The translations under genes and the position numbers were made by a program. This document shows positions 9,641-19,032 of a stretch of DNA of 57,604 nucleotides, piece by piece (position 1 is the stretch's first letter; every line of letters starts with the position of its first letter). The stretch is from Candidatus Psychracetigena formicireducens (lineage in GTDB: Bacteria > Coprothermobacterota > HKB111). The DNA lies in the NCBI GenBank assembly GCA_018725125.1, contig QLTW01000001.1, forward strand, positions 1-57,604, read 5' to 3'. The notes under the pieces are model-generated. The model was not told the origin of the DNA and did not search any database. It was given only the letters and a program-made list of their open reading frames with translations.

Positions 9641-10168
9641 TTATTTTATTCTTAAAGGTATACCTACAACCTCGAGATATACTTCATCCGCTACCTCAGC
9701 AATCTTCTGGTTTAAAATCCCTGCCATATCTCTAAATCTCCTCGCGAGCTCATTGTCTGGCACGATGCCAAGACCGACTTCATTTGAAATGATAAACAAT
9801 GATGAGTGATAGGTGAAGAGTGACAAGTCCCTAAGTACATTAATCAGATTTTCAATCTCTAGATCGATATTGAAATTAGAATGCATCAGATTTGATAGCC
9901 ACAATGTAAGGCAGTCAATTAAAATAACATTGTACTTGCCTTTTATTTTCCCAAGCAAACCAACAATCCTCAATGGTTCTTCATAGGTAATCCACTCATC
10001 ACCCCTCTGGCGTCTATGATTTTCTATTCTTTGCTGCATCTCTTCATCAAGAACCTCTGCGGTTGCAATATATGCCTTTTCACCTGAAATCTTAGATGCT
10101 TCTTTAAGCGCAAAAATGCTTTTACCGCTTCTTGCGCCACCAGTGATGAAGACTATTTTTCTTTCCAC
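9641..10168 (-). CDS. cobU: Bifunctional adenosylcobinamide kinase / adenosylcobinamide-phosphate guanylyltransferase
   Basis: Has the ITGGARSGKS P-loop. I place the start at GTG 10168 (VERKIVFITGG). The upstream 14 codons of the track ORF overlap the end of the cobO remnant. Confidence 0.85.
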   Translation of the reverse strand: MERKIVFITGGARSGKSIFALKEASKISGEKAYIATAEVLDEEMQQRIENHRRQRGDEWITYEEPLRIVGLLGKIKGKYNVILIDCLTLWLSNLMHSNFNIDLEIENLINVLRDLSLFTYHSSLFIISNEVGLGIVPDNELARRFRDMAGILNQKIAEVADEVYLEVVGIPLRIK

Positions 10169-10169
10169 T

Positions 10170-10387
10170 TTAATATTCAATCCCCTTTCTTCCTCGCACA
10201 CCCTTATCATAAGGATGTTTTATGCTCTTTATTTCACTAACTAAATCAGCCATTTCTATTATTCTTTCCGGGACACCACGGCCCGTTAGTACCACCTCTA
10301 AGCCCTCCTGTCTGGAGTTCAATATTTCCGAAACCTCTTCTGTTTTCAAAAATCCATCCCGTAGGCAATATTTATCTCATCTAATAC
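10170..10387 (-). pseudogene. cobO: CobO/BtuR adenosyltransferase, C-terminal half only, with an internal frameshift
   Basis: The minus strand reads VLDEINIAYGMDF, then a frame change in gatttttgaaaac, then KTEEVSEILNSRQEGLEVVLTGRGVPERIIEMADLVSEIKSIKHPYDKGVRGRKGIEY-stop. This is the conserved CobO C-terminus (TGR...ADlVtE..KH....G...GIEy). Confidence 0.6.
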
Positions 10388-10686
10388 CTTTGTTGCAGCT
10401 TCAGCCAGAAAGATGCCAAGTGCAGCACCCGTCCCTTCCCCACACCTCAGCTCCAGGTCCAGTAAAGGTTTGAGCCCTATGTGGCGTAGTACCACCCGGT
10501 GTCCACTCTCCGCCAAGACATGAGAGTCAATGAGATAATCTTTGAGTCACCCTGGTTACTGAACTCTTCAAGCCTCCCCAAGCTTCCTCTGGGCTTAGTG
10601 AACTGATCCTGTCTTACCCTGGCTTTTGCCATGGCCTCTCTGTCCAGGGAAATTATGGAGTTTATTGTTTTGCCTATCAATTCCAC
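10388..10686 (-). pseudogene. cobT: Second cobT copy reduced to its N-terminal ~45 codons plus its C-terminal ~46 codons
   Basis: [10 protein letters not shown]...[14 protein letters not shown] matches the cobT N-terminus. A shifted frame reads [46 protein letters not shown], compared with [29 protein letters not shown] in the intact gene. The middle ~260 codons are missing. Confidence 0.65.
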
Positions 10687-10697
10687 GATTACTCCTG

Positions 10698-11465
10698 CTA
10701 CCCCTTATGTGAAGAGTTCAGGATAGACGATTCTGGCTTGAGTATCTCGGGCTCAACCCCAAAAGCTTGAATAAAGAAGGAGGAATCCCAAAAAGAATAA
10801 GGCTCACCATCATAGACAAGTCTTCCTTCTTTTAAGCAATAGATATGCTCTGCGAAGAGGCGAAGAAAACTAAGATCATGGGAAGCAATTAAAATAAATC
10901 TTTGCTTAGAAACATCCTTCAGAACTTCAAGAAGTTTGACCCAGTGTCTGGGGTCTAAAAAAGTGGTGGGTTCATCCAGCAATAATAGGTTGGTATCCTG
11001 AACCAGAGCTCGTGCTAAACGAGCTCTCTGCTTTTCTCCAGAACTAAGTTCTATTAAAAACTTATGTTTAAATCTCTCCATATCAGTTATCTCTAAAGCC
11101 CAGTCTATGATTCTCCAGTCCTCTCTACTTAAAGGAGACATAAAAGAAAGATAAGGATATCTCCCCAGTTTAGCCAGTTCTAAAACTGTGATCCCCAGTT
11201 CAAGATGGTTGCCTGGTCCCAGAAAGCTTACCAATTTCGCTAACTCTCTGGAAGAATACTCTCTTAAATCCTTTCCTTTATAAAAAAGATTTCCTTTCTG
11301 TGGTTGCAGGATCCTCGCTATTATTTTTAATAGGGTAGACTTCCCGCTACCATTCTCTCCTACTATCCCCACCCTCTTATATCCTTCCTTTATCCTCAAA
11401 GAAAGGTCCTGTAAGACCCATCTTTCATTCCGATAATGAAAGAAGATTTCATCTAACTCCAGCAT
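10698..11465 (-). CDS. ABC transporter ATP-binding protein (FepC/BtuD-type, corrinoid/siderophore importer class)
   Basis: 255 aa with Walker [10 protein letters not shown], signature LSSGEKQR and Walker B LLLLDEP. Lies in an operon with a FecCD permease and a BtuF-like binding protein behind a B12 riboswitch. Confidence 0.85.
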   Translation of the reverse strand: MLELDEIFFHYRNERWVLQDLSLRIKEGYKRVGIVGENGSGKSTLLKIIARILQPQKGNLFYKGKDLREYSSRELAKLVSFLGPGNHLELGITVLELAKLGRYPYLSFMSPLSREDWRIIDWALEITDMERFKHKFLIELSSGEKQRARLARALVQDTNLLLLDEPTTFLDPRHWVKLLEVLKDVSKQRFILIASHDLSFLRLFAEHIYCLKEGRLVYDGEPYSFWDSSFFIQAFGVEPEILKPESSILNSSHKG

Positions 11466-11471
11466 TTTTAT

Positions 11472-12365
11472 CTAAACCCTCCTTCGTAAGAGATAAAGGA
11501 AGAAAGGCCCCCCCAACATAACCGTAATTACTCCTACCGGTATCTCCACAGGAGCAAAGGCGGTACGGGCGAAAGTATCAGAAACTACAAGTAAACTTCC
11601 ACCCAAGAGAAAGGCAACAGGAAGAAGGGTGTTGTGTAAAGAACCTGAGATAAGTCTGCTCATATGAGGAGCAATTAGACCTACAAATCCAATTATTCCA
11701 AACTTAGAAGATACCAGAGAGACAGAAAGGGCAGAGGCTATAAGAAGAAAAAGTCTGAATTTACCAACTTTAAGACCGAGACTCAAGGCTTCCTCTTCTC
11801 CCAGTAGAAGAACATCAAGGCTGCGGTGAAGAAGGAGAAAGAGAAAAAGGTAAATACTGCCAGCAATAACTAGCCCCAATGCGTCCCTTAAACTAGAATT
11901 GGAAAAACTCCCCAGTGCCCAGAAAAACCCACCATGGAATGGTCCCTTCCAAGTAATGAGGAGAAAAGTAGTAGTTGCAGCCATAAAGGAACCAACAACA
12001 ATCCCACCCAAGAGAGTCTTGATCAGAGACACCCCACCATTATGTTTGCCTAAATACAGTGTCAGGAAAGTAGCTAAAAGTGCGCCCAAAAAGGCCCCAG
12101 GCCATGGATAAAGGTAACCAAGTCTTAGGAAAAGGATGCCTCCCAAAGTGGCGCCTGAAGCAACACCTAAAACATAAGCATCAACTAACGGATTTCGAAA
12201 TACTGTTTGATAAAGAACTCCTGAAAAAGACAAAATCCCCCCTACTAAGAAGGCTGTGAGGACACGTGCTAACCTTAAATTTAAGAGGAGAGGTAAGTAA
12301 GAATCAGTTCCACTTCCCGAGAAAAATGAAAGTAGAGCTGGGAGCGGTATGTGCACCGCTCCCAA
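11472..12365 (-). CDS. FecCD-family ABC permease (BtuC-like)
   Basis: Polytopic membrane ORF with a typical FecCD C-terminus (PVGVITVMLGGPFFLYLL). The reading frame stays open ~60 nt further upstream and encodes a first TM helix, but without ATG/GTG/TTG. Confidence 0.85.
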   Translation of the reverse strand: MGAVHIPLPALLSFFSGSGTDSYLPLLLNLRLARVLTAFLVGGILSFSGVLYQTVFRNPLVDAYVLGVASGATLGGILFLRLGYLYPWPGAFLGALLATFLTLYLGKHNGGVSLIKTLLGGIVVGSFMAATTTFLLITWKGPFHGGFFWALGSFSNSSLRDALGLVIAGSIYLFLFLLLHRSLDVLLLGEEEALSLGLKVGKFRLFLLIASALSVSLVSSKFGIIGFVGLIAPHMSRLISGSLHNTLLPVAFLLGGSLLVVSDTFARTAFAPVEIPVGVITVMLGGPFFLYLLRRRV

Positions 12366-12442
12366 TAGAAGAGAACTTCCAAGACTTACTAATGCCAGTA
12401 AGCTAAAGCTTGCCAGAAGAAGAAATTTTGATTTTACCTGCC

Positions 12443-13660
12443 TTATGGTTTTGAAAATATGTGCACCTCTTTAAATTCATTGTCCCAGAAGAGCTTGAAA
12501 TCCATAAACTCTAATATTCTCCTCAAAGGCAAAAGTCCTTCTACCATTGAAACGGTTAAAAATCTCCCATCTTTAAAGGTAATTTGAGTAGAACTACCAA
12601 TAATCTTTAACTCTTTCAAATAACCATTCAAAAGGACTTCTATAGCCTCTCTGGTTACATGAAATCTTCCGCGCAGATTCTTCAATGATACCCTGGGTAG
12701 AACTAATAAATTATCCTGATAAAGCTTGCCTTCTAAGGTAGATAGCGAAAATATTCTACTTTTCTTAAGTACGGGATCTATTGCTTTACTAACTTCAAGC
12801 ATTCCTTGAATTACCCTTGGTCCAGGCCTGAAAAGAAGGTCATCATCAAAAGGAAAAACTCTTCCCTCTTTAACTGCCTTTAGGTGTTTGAAGGGAGATT
12901 CTCGTAGAAAAGAAGGGTCTATGCCCATAGACTTTGTAGGATACAGGATAATATCCGGCTCTTCATGAAGCAATGCTTCAGGAGAAACAATGGGGTAAGC
13001 CCCTATATCCTTTCTGATGTAATTTAAACCTCCACCCTCTTCCACCACTGATGCAATAAAAGAACCCGGACCAACAGTTATCAGGGGGTCGTGCCAGACC
13101 AGCACCAGGACCGTCGGTTTATTCTTTGCATCTTTAAAATAGCTTCTTATGGGCCTTCTAAAAGCATTCAGGGAAGCCACCAGTTCACGAGATTCCTTAA
13201 CTCTATCTATGGCCTTACCTACATTCAGAATGTTTTTCAAGACACCTTCCACATTCTGAGGCTCCAGAACCACCAGAGGATAGGCTCTCATCAAAGGCTC
13301 AGCCATAGCCTTGGAAAACATACGGGTTGTCAGGATCAACTGAGGGCGTGAAGCAATGATTCTCTCAGGACTGGGATTGACAGCCCCTCCAATAGAAGGG
13401 ATTTTGCTTACCCCTTTGGGATAATTACAGAAATCAGTTCTTCCCACCAGAAGATTCTGGGCTCCCAGGGCAAAAACAATCTCTGTAGCTGATGGAGCAA
13501 TAGAAACTATCCTTTGGACTGGCAGATTTACTCTGACCTTTCTACCTATGTCATCAATGATGACCACTGACCTTTGAGTATTGGCATAAGCTAGAGAAAC
13601 TGAAATAAATGTGAGTAGAACCAGACCTGCTGAAATAACCCTTAAAAACCTTTTAAACAT
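12443..13660 (-). CDS. Periplasmic-binding-protein (BtuF/FhuD class) substrate-binding lipoprotein-like protein with an extra C-terminal copper-amine-oxidase-N-like domain
   Basis: 405 aa with a signal peptide. The PBP_2-type core has RIVSIAPSATEIVFALG. The last ~100 aa carry ...LLPLRRILEFMDFKLFWDNEFKEVHI, which resembles the Cu_amine_oxidN1 stalk domain. Confidence 0.8.
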   Translation of the reverse strand: MFKRFLRVISAGLVLLTFISVSLAYANTQRSVVIIDDIGRKVRVNLPVQRIVSIAPSATEIVFALGAQNLLVGRTDFCNYPKGVSKIPSIGGAVNPSPERIIASRPQLILTTRMFSKAMAEPLMRAYPLVVLEPQNVEGVLKNILNVGKAIDRVKESRELVASLNAFRRPIRSYFKDAKNKPTVLVLVWHDPLITVGPGSFIASVVEEGGGLNYIRKDIGAYPIVSPEALLHEEPDIILYPTKSMGIDPSFLRESPFKHLKAVKEGRVFPFDDDLLFRPGPRVIQGMLEVSKAIDPVLKKSRIFSLSTLEGKLYQDNLLVLPRVSLKNLRGRFHVTREAIEVLLNGYLKELKIIGSSTQITFKDGRFLTVSMVEGLLPLRRILEFMDFKLFWDNEFKEVHIFSKP

Positions 13661-13699
13661 CTTTCTTCCTCCTTAAACAAATATTTATTCCTTGCTTCG

Positions 13700-13915
13700 G
13701 GAGTGGAGAGAAATTTTCTTTGATAACAAAGAAACCTTTCCTTCCTGCCTCGAGAAGGTTAAGATATGGAGTTTCACCTCAGGTCTCCTGGCTTCTGGGT
13801 CACAGTTTGAGAGAACCTTCCCAGAAAAATATTCCAGTGGTTTTCTTCTCTCGTACTCTCCAGTTACAGTTGCGGGACAGCGCCGGCTTCCTACCGGTCT
13901 TCCCTGAAATGTAAA
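13700..13915 (-). promoter_or_regulatory. Cobalamin (AdoCbl) riboswitch controlling the btuFCD-like operon
   Basis: The minus strand reads ...CAGGGAAGACCGGTAGGAAGCCGGCGCTGTCCCGCAACTGTAAC...AACCACTGG...TGGGAAGG...AGCCAGGAGACCTG. The B12 box is at 13780-13793. It is preceded by a TATAAT box (13926-13931, minus) and followed by a CUCUCCACUCCC stretch able to pair with the AAGGAGGAAG SD. Confidence 0.85.
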
Positions 13916-14038
13916 ACCTTGAGGCATTATACCATAAAATAATTTAGAAAATAAAATATTTTGCTATAATAAATAAGGTTTCGTATAAATTTGCTTCCTT
14001 GAGGAAACCAAAAGAATACCCATTAATAAGGAGAAATA

Positions 14039-14797
14039 TTGGTGATTATATCGGTAGCTAATCAAAAAGGTGGTGTCGGTAAAACTACTACAGTTGTAAA
14101 TTTAAGCACTTACCTGGCACGAGAAGGAAAAAGAGTGTTAGTTATAGATGCTGACCCTCAGGCAAACGCAACCAGTGGTTTTGGTATAGACAAGCATAAG
14201 ATGACGAAAAGCACTTACGACTTAATTGTTAACGAAACTCCTCTAAAAGACACCCTTATTAACACTGATATTGATAATCTGCAAATTGTTCCTTCGCATA
14301 TTGACCTGGTGTCAGCTGAACTTGAGTTAGTTTCAGTTATTTCCAGGGAAACAAGGTTGAGGGAATCTCTCAAAGATGAAGCAGATAGTTTTGACTTCAT
14401 TTTTATCGATTGTCCCCCTTCTCTTAGCTTGTTGGCTATCAACTCCATAGTAGCGGGTGACAGAATCCTAGTTCCCATTCAGTGCGAGTACTATGCTCTT
14501 GAAGGGGTTAGTCAGCTTCTAAACACTGTTAAACGCATAAAAAAATACCTTAATCCGGCGATAGAAATATGGCGTGTTCTTTTAACGATGTATGATCGTA
14601 GAACCTCTTTATCACAGCAGGTTGCTGAAGAGGTTAAATCGTATTTCCCCGGTAGGGTTTTTAACAGCATTATACCCAGAAGCGTAAGATTAAGTGAGGC
14701 TCCAAGTTTCGGTAAGCCAATAGCTTATTATGCCCCCGAATCAAAAGGTGCTATAGCTTATCAGGAGTTAGCCCGGGAGGTGATAAGCCTTGAATAA
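14039..14797 (+). CDS. parA: ParA/Soj chromosome partitioning ATPase
   Basis: 252 aa with the deviant Walker A NQKGGVGKTTT. Followed by parB. Confidence 0.9.
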   Translation: MVIISVANQKGGVGKTTTVVNLSTYLAREGKRVLVIDADPQANATSGFGIDKHKMTKSTYDLIVNETPLKDTLINTDIDNLQIVPSHIDLVSAELELVSVISRETRLRESLKDEADSFDFIFIDCPPSLSLLAINSIVAGDRILVPIQCEYYALEGVSQLLNTVKRIKKYLNPAIEIWRVLLTMYDRRTSLSQQVAEEVKSYFPGRVFNSIIPRSVRLSEAPSFGKPIAYYAPESKGAIAYQELAREVISLE

Positions 14798-15629
14798 AAA
14801 GTTAGGTAAAGGCATAGTTCTTCTAGTTCCAACTGGAGAGGTAGAAGAATTATCTGAGATTCCTATAGACGATATTAGTCCTTCACCCTGGCAACCCCGA
14901 AAAAGTATTCAACCGGAAACCCTTGAATTGCTGGTTCAATCAATTCAATCAACCGGTTTAATCCAACCCATTGTAGTAAGACCCCTGGGAAAAACTTACG
15001 AACTGATTGCGGGTGAAAGAAGATTAAAAGCGGCCAGAGAAGCAGGCTATAATTCTATAAAAGCAATCGTTAGAGAGATTCCTGATGATGCTGTTATGGA
15101 AATGTCTTTAACTGAAAATATCCATCGTGAAGAGTTGACCCCTATAGAAATCGCTGAAGCTTTAAAAAATGTACTGGATATAAAAAAGATAACTCAGGAA
15201 GAAGCTTCTAATAAATTAGGAATTAGTCGCTCTCAGATCGCCAACCTTATAAGGCTGCTAAACCTGCCTGAAGAGGTTAAATCTTTAATACAAAAGGGAG
15301 CAATCTCTTTTGGTCATGCTAAGATTTTAGTTTCACTCCAGGAACCTCTTTGCTTAAACCTGGCTAAAAAGATAGCCGAAAAAGGTATTAGTATCCGGGA
15401 AACTGAAAATTACCTGAAATTATTAGAGTTAAGAAATAACAATAAAACCCGGAATAACCGCGATAATAATAGAGATGTATTCCTGGAAAACTTCCTTAAA
15501 TCAAAGCTTTCATGTAAGGTTCAGGTTATGGTAAAGAACGATGGGTTATATATCAAGGTCCCAATACAATCAAGGGTAAAATTATTAGAATTAGTTAAGG
15601 AGATATTTTCCAAAAATGAAAATCAATGA
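14790..15629 (+). CDS. parB: ParB/Spo0J partition protein
   Basis: 279 aa with the ParB box LIQPIVVRP...YELIAGERRLKAA and HTH QEEASNKLGISRSQIAN. Confidence 0.9.
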   Translation: MNKKLGKGIVLLVPTGEVEELSEIPIDDISPSPWQPRKSIQPETLELLVQSIQSTGLIQPIVVRPLGKTYELIAGERRLKAAREAGYNSIKAIVREIPDDAVMEMSLTENIHREELTPIEIAEALKNVLDIKKITQEEASNKLGISRSQIANLIRLLNLPEEVKSLIQKGAISFGHAKILVSLQEPLCLNLAKKIAEKGISIRETENYLKLLELRNNNKTRNNRDNNRDVFLENFLKSKLSCKVQVMVKNDGLYIKVPIQSRVKLLELVKEIFSKNENQ

Positions 15630-16011
15630 TAAATATTCCCACCTGGTTGAAGAAGCTAGAAAAACTAAACTAAATGCTTATGCTCCCTATTCCCGTTATC
15701 AAGTTGGGGCAGCTCTGCTTACCAGAAATGGAGAAATATATACTGGAGTTAATGTTGAAAACTCTTCTTTTGGATTAACAGTATGTGCAGAAAGAATTGC
15801 CATATTCAACGCCCTGTCCCAAGGTAACCAGGACCTGGAAGCAATTGCCATATCTGCCCAGGGAGAGGAGATCCCTTACCCCTGCGGAGCTTGCCGGCAG
15901 GTTATGAATGAGTTTAATCCCGACTTAATGGTCATCCTTGACTCAGGAGACCATATCAATATTTATTCTCTACAAGAATTATTTCCTATGGCTTTTAAGT
16001 TAAAAAGATAA
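15616..16011 (+). CDS. cdd: Cytidine deaminase
   Basis: 131 aa with zinc motifs CAERIAIFNA and PCGACRQV. Confidence 0.9.
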   Translation: MKINDKYSHLVEEARKTKLNAYAPYSRYQVGAALLTRNGEIYTGVNVENSSFGLTVCAERIAIFNALSQGNQDLEAIAISAQGEEIPYPCGACRQVMNEFNPDLMVILDSGDHINIYSLQELFPMAFKLKR

Positions 16012-16015
16012 AATA

Positions 16016-16777
16016 ATGGCAAATAATCTATTATTTATTGCTAACTGGAAAATGAACATGGTTTATGCTGATTTAATCAGCTATTTTAATATTTTTCTAC
16101 CTTTATTTAAACAAACAAAACCTATAAACGATGTGGTATTTCTTCCTCCTTCTACCCTACTATTTTCCATAAAAGTGATATTAGAAGGCACCGATATAAA
16201 ATGGGGAGCACAAAATATTTACTTTGAAAACCAGGGAGCATTCACCGGCGAGATATCTGCCTTAATGATAAAAGATACCGGTAGTACCTATGTATTAATA
16301 GGACATTCAGAAAGACGAAAATATTTTAAGGAAAGTTCGCCAATTATCGCTAATAAATTACACAAAGCTTTTTCTGAAAATATTATCCCTATTGTATGCG
16401 TGGGAGAAACCCAGGAAGAAAGAGCATCTGGAAAAACTTTTTCTGTGCTAACAAACCAGATAAAACCAATTATAAAGACCTGCCAAAACTTTATAAATAA
16501 AGAAATAGTAGTTGCTTATGAACCGGTATGGGCAATTGGTACCGGGGTAAATGCTACCATTGAAGAAATCAAAGAATCACATAGTTTTATTTTATCCCAG
16601 TTTCTCAAACAGTCCTGGATTGATGGTAGAAACATTAAAATAGTTTATGGCGGAAGCGTTGACAGTAAAAATACCCCAGCAATACTATCCCTTGATGTTG
16701 TCAGTGGATGTCTCGTTGGAGGGGCAAGCCTTAAACCTGAAGAGTTTATAAAGATTGTAAATACGGTAAGAAGCTAA
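16016..16777 (+). CDS. tpiA: Triose-phosphate isomerase
   Basis: 253 aa with ANWKMN, IGHSERR, AYEPVWAIGTG and GGASLKPE motifs. Confidence 0.9.
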   Translation: MANNLLFIANWKMNMVYADLISYFNIFLPLFKQTKPINDVVFLPPSTLLFSIKVILEGTDIKWGAQNIYFENQGAFTGEISALMIKDTGSTYVLIGHSERRKYFKESSPIIANKLHKAFSENIIPIVCVGETQEERASGKTFSVLTNQIKPIIKTCQNFINKEIVVAYEPVWAIGTGVNATIEEIKESHSFILSQFLKQSWIDGRNIKIVYGGSVDSKNTPAILSLDVVSGCLVGGASLKPEEFIKIVNTVRS

Positions 16778-17460
16778 TGATGACCCCTAAAGAATTATCT
16801 TTATTCTTTGACCATACTCTTCTTAAACCTGATGCTTCTAAGGAAGATATTGAAATACTCTGTCAACAAGGTATTAACTATAACTTTTACTCCTTATGTG
16901 TGCATCCCTGCTATGTTCCCATGGTATCAAGCATCCTTAAAAGTTCCCAGGTTAAAATATGCTCGGTAGTTGGCTTTCCTTTAGGAGCTAATTTATTAGA
17001 AACTAAAGTGGGTGAAACAGAAGCTTTGATAAAAGCTGGATGTGATGAAATTGATATGGTTATTAATATTGGTTTTTTCAAGGATAAAAATTATTCTTAC
17101 TTAAAAAATGAAATTAAAAATATTAGAAATGTGTCAATCGGGCATATACTTAAGGTGATAATTGAAACCTGCTATTTAAACAGAGAGGAGATGAGAGAAA
17201 TAGTTAACCTATTAATAGAAGAAGGGGCGGATTTTGTTAAAACATCTACTGGTTTTGGTCCTGGTGGAGCTACTATTGATGATATTAATTTCCTTCTAAC
17301 TATTTCCTCTCCTCACCTAAAAGTTAAAGCTTCCGGTGGAATACGAAGCCTGGATGATGCTCTAAGTTATATCAAAGCAGGCATTCACAGGATAGGGTCA
17401 AGTTCTTCTCATAAAATTGTTGACGAGTATATAACAAGAATTAACTATGCGAATAAATAA
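16777..17460 (+). CDS. deoC: Deoxyribose-phosphate aldolase
   Basis: 227 aa with DHTLLKPDAS, FVKTSTGF and VKASGGIRS motifs. Confidence 0.9.
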   Translation: MMTPKELSLFFDHTLLKPDASKEDIEILCQQGINYNFYSLCVHPCYVPMVSSILKSSQVKICSVVGFPLGANLLETKVGETEALIKAGCDEIDMVINIGFFKDKNYSYLKNEIKNIRNVSIGHILKVIIETCYLNREEMREIVNLLIEEGADFVKTSTGFGPGGATIDDINFLLTISSPHLKVKASGGIRSLDDALSYIKAGIHRIGSSSSHKIVDEYITRINYANK

Positions 17461-18157
17461 AATTGAAGCGATAGTCCTTAAAGATGAGCAATTAAAAGAA
17501 AAAGACAAAATTATCTCTCTATTTACCAGAGAATTTGGTTTGATAACCGCTAATGCCAAGGGGAAAAAATGGGGGAGTAGATTAGAAAGAGGATCAATTA
17601 TCCAGAGCCTGGTTTACCATAGAAGGGGTTTTACACTTATTGATTGCGAGTTGAGCTGGATACCAGCAAATATCTATAAAGATTTAGGACTCTGGTGTAA
17701 AGCATCTTTAATCCTGGAGTCGGTATATAAGGCAGTGCTTCCAGGAGAGAAAAACCTGCAATTATATGAGCTCTTAACCAAAAGCCTGAAGTTGTTAGAT
17801 GAGCTTCGTCCAGCTGAAACAATATGCCTGTCTTTTTTGGTAAAAGTGGTTGGCATTAGCGGATATTATCCAGTTTATAATAAATGTCAGAGATGTAGTT
17901 CCCGCAGAACGCATGGTTATTTGAGTTATTCGGATGGTGGTTATGTATGCAGTAACTGTTATCCTTCTTCAGGGTTGGCCCTTTTGAGTATCAATGATTT
18001 TGCTATGCTTGACATGCTAAATAGCATAGATCTAAACGATATTAACGATTCATTTTGTATTAATAAAAACCTCTTTAACGCCGTAATTAATTATTATGAA
18101 AATGTTTTTGAAAACATGTTATACTCTACCAAAGTAATGGAGCAGATAAAAAGATGA
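17447..18157 (+). CDS. recO: DNA repair protein RecO
   Basis: 236 aa with an N-terminal OB fold and a CxxC...CxxC zinc motif (CQRCSS...CSNC). Shows the conserved recO-glyQS synteny. Confidence 0.85.
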   Translation: MRINKIEAIVLKDEQLKEKDKIISLFTREFGLITANAKGKKWGSRLERGSIIQSLVYHRRGFTLIDCELSWIPANIYKDLGLWCKASLILESVYKAVLPGEKNLQLYELLTKSLKLLDELRPAETICLSFLVKVVGISGYYPVYNKCQRCSSRRTHGYLSYSDGGYVCSNCYPSSGLALLSINDFAMLDMLNSIDLNDINDSFCINKNLFNAVINYYENVFENMLYSTKVMEQIKR

Positions 18158-19032
18158 ATTTTCAAGAAGTAATTATGAAACTTAACAAGTTTTGGGCAAA
18201 TGAAGGTTGCCTGATTGAACACCCCTACGATATAGAAGTAGGTGCAGGTACCATGTCTCCTTCCACATTTCTCAGAGTGCTTGGACCTGAGCCCTGGAAA
18301 GTAGCTTATGTTCAACCCAGCAGGAGGCCGGCTGATGGCCGGTATGGTGAAAACCCCAATAGACTTTATCAACATCATCAATATCAGGTTATAATCAAAC
18401 CACCTCCCTCAGACCCTCAGGGTGTATATTTGAAAAGCCTGGAAACCCTTAGTATATCTGGAAGAGGGCACGATATTAGATTCGTAGAAGATAACTGGGA
18501 GTCTCCAACCCTGGGAGCATGGGGTGTTGGCTGGGAGGTTTGGCTTGATGGTCAGGAAATCACTCAATTTACCTATTTTCAACAAGCTGGGGGAATAGAT
18601 CTGTTCCCCGTCTCCTTAGAACTTACCTATGGGTTGGAAAGAATAAGTATGAACCTGTGTAAAAAATCAAATGTATATGATATCCCCTGGAATAACAAAT
18701 TAACTTACGGAGATGTTCGCCACCAATACGAGGTAGAGCAATGTTACTACGCTTTTGAATACGCCACTGTAGATAAACTGATCAAATGGTTTAATGAGTA
18801 TGAAGAAGAAGCCAGAGTAGCGCTGGACAAAGACTTGGTTTTACCCGCTTATGATTATGTGTTAAAAAATTCACATCTTTTTAACCTCCTGGATTCCAGA
18901 AGAGCTTTAAGTCCCACAGACAGGCAAAATTATATATTAAGAGTCCGATTCCTGGCTCGAGCCTGTGCAGTTAAATATATGGAAAAAAGAAAAAGTATGG
19001 GGTTTCCCTTAACAAAAAAGGATTTAAGATGA
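18154..19032 (+). CDS. glyQ: Glycine--tRNA ligase alpha subunit
   Basis: 292 aa with a highly conserved sequence ([13 protein letters not shown]..., [20 protein letters not shown]). Confidence 0.95.
   Translation: MNFQEVIMKLNKFWANEGCLIEHPYDIEVGAGTMSPSTFLRVLGPEPWKVAYVQPSRRPADGRYGENPNRLYQHHQYQVIIKPPPSDPQGVYLKSLETLSISGRGHDIRFVEDNWESPTLGAWGVGWEVWLDGQEITQFTYFQQAGGIDLFPVSLELTYGLERISMNLCKKSNVYDIPWNNKLTYGDVRHQYEVEQCYYAFEYATVDKLIKWFNEYEEEARVALDKDLVLPAYDYVLKNSHLFNLLDSRRALSPTDRQNYILRVRFLARACAVKYMEKRKSMGFPLTKKDLR

Noticed and set aside
9237-9809. 190-aa plus-strand ORF opposite cobT/cobU.
   Set aside because: It is a shadow ORF antisense to two well-supported genes, with Ser/Pro/Thr-rich composition. 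The same applies to 20963-21439, 45761-46123, 47891-48175, 11899-12111 and similar antisense ORFs in the track.
10222-10473. 83-aa plus-strand ORF.
   Set aside because: It is antisense to the cobO and cobT remnants, whose minus-strand translations match known families.
13685-13927. Three overlapping ORFs of 64-80 aa on both strands.
   Set aside because: They fall inside the cobalamin riboswitch, whose conserved core and B12 box explain the sequence.
14039-15700. parS site (TGTTTCACGTGAAACA-like) in or near parAB.
   Set aside because: I could not find a convincing 16-bp palindrome of this type by eye. A pattern search allowing 2-3 mismatches would be needed.
18090-18160. Expected T-box leader in front of glyQS, as in Bacillus-type genomes.
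   Set aside because: recO overlaps the glyQ start by 4 nt, so there is no leader at all and glyQS is read through from upstream genes.
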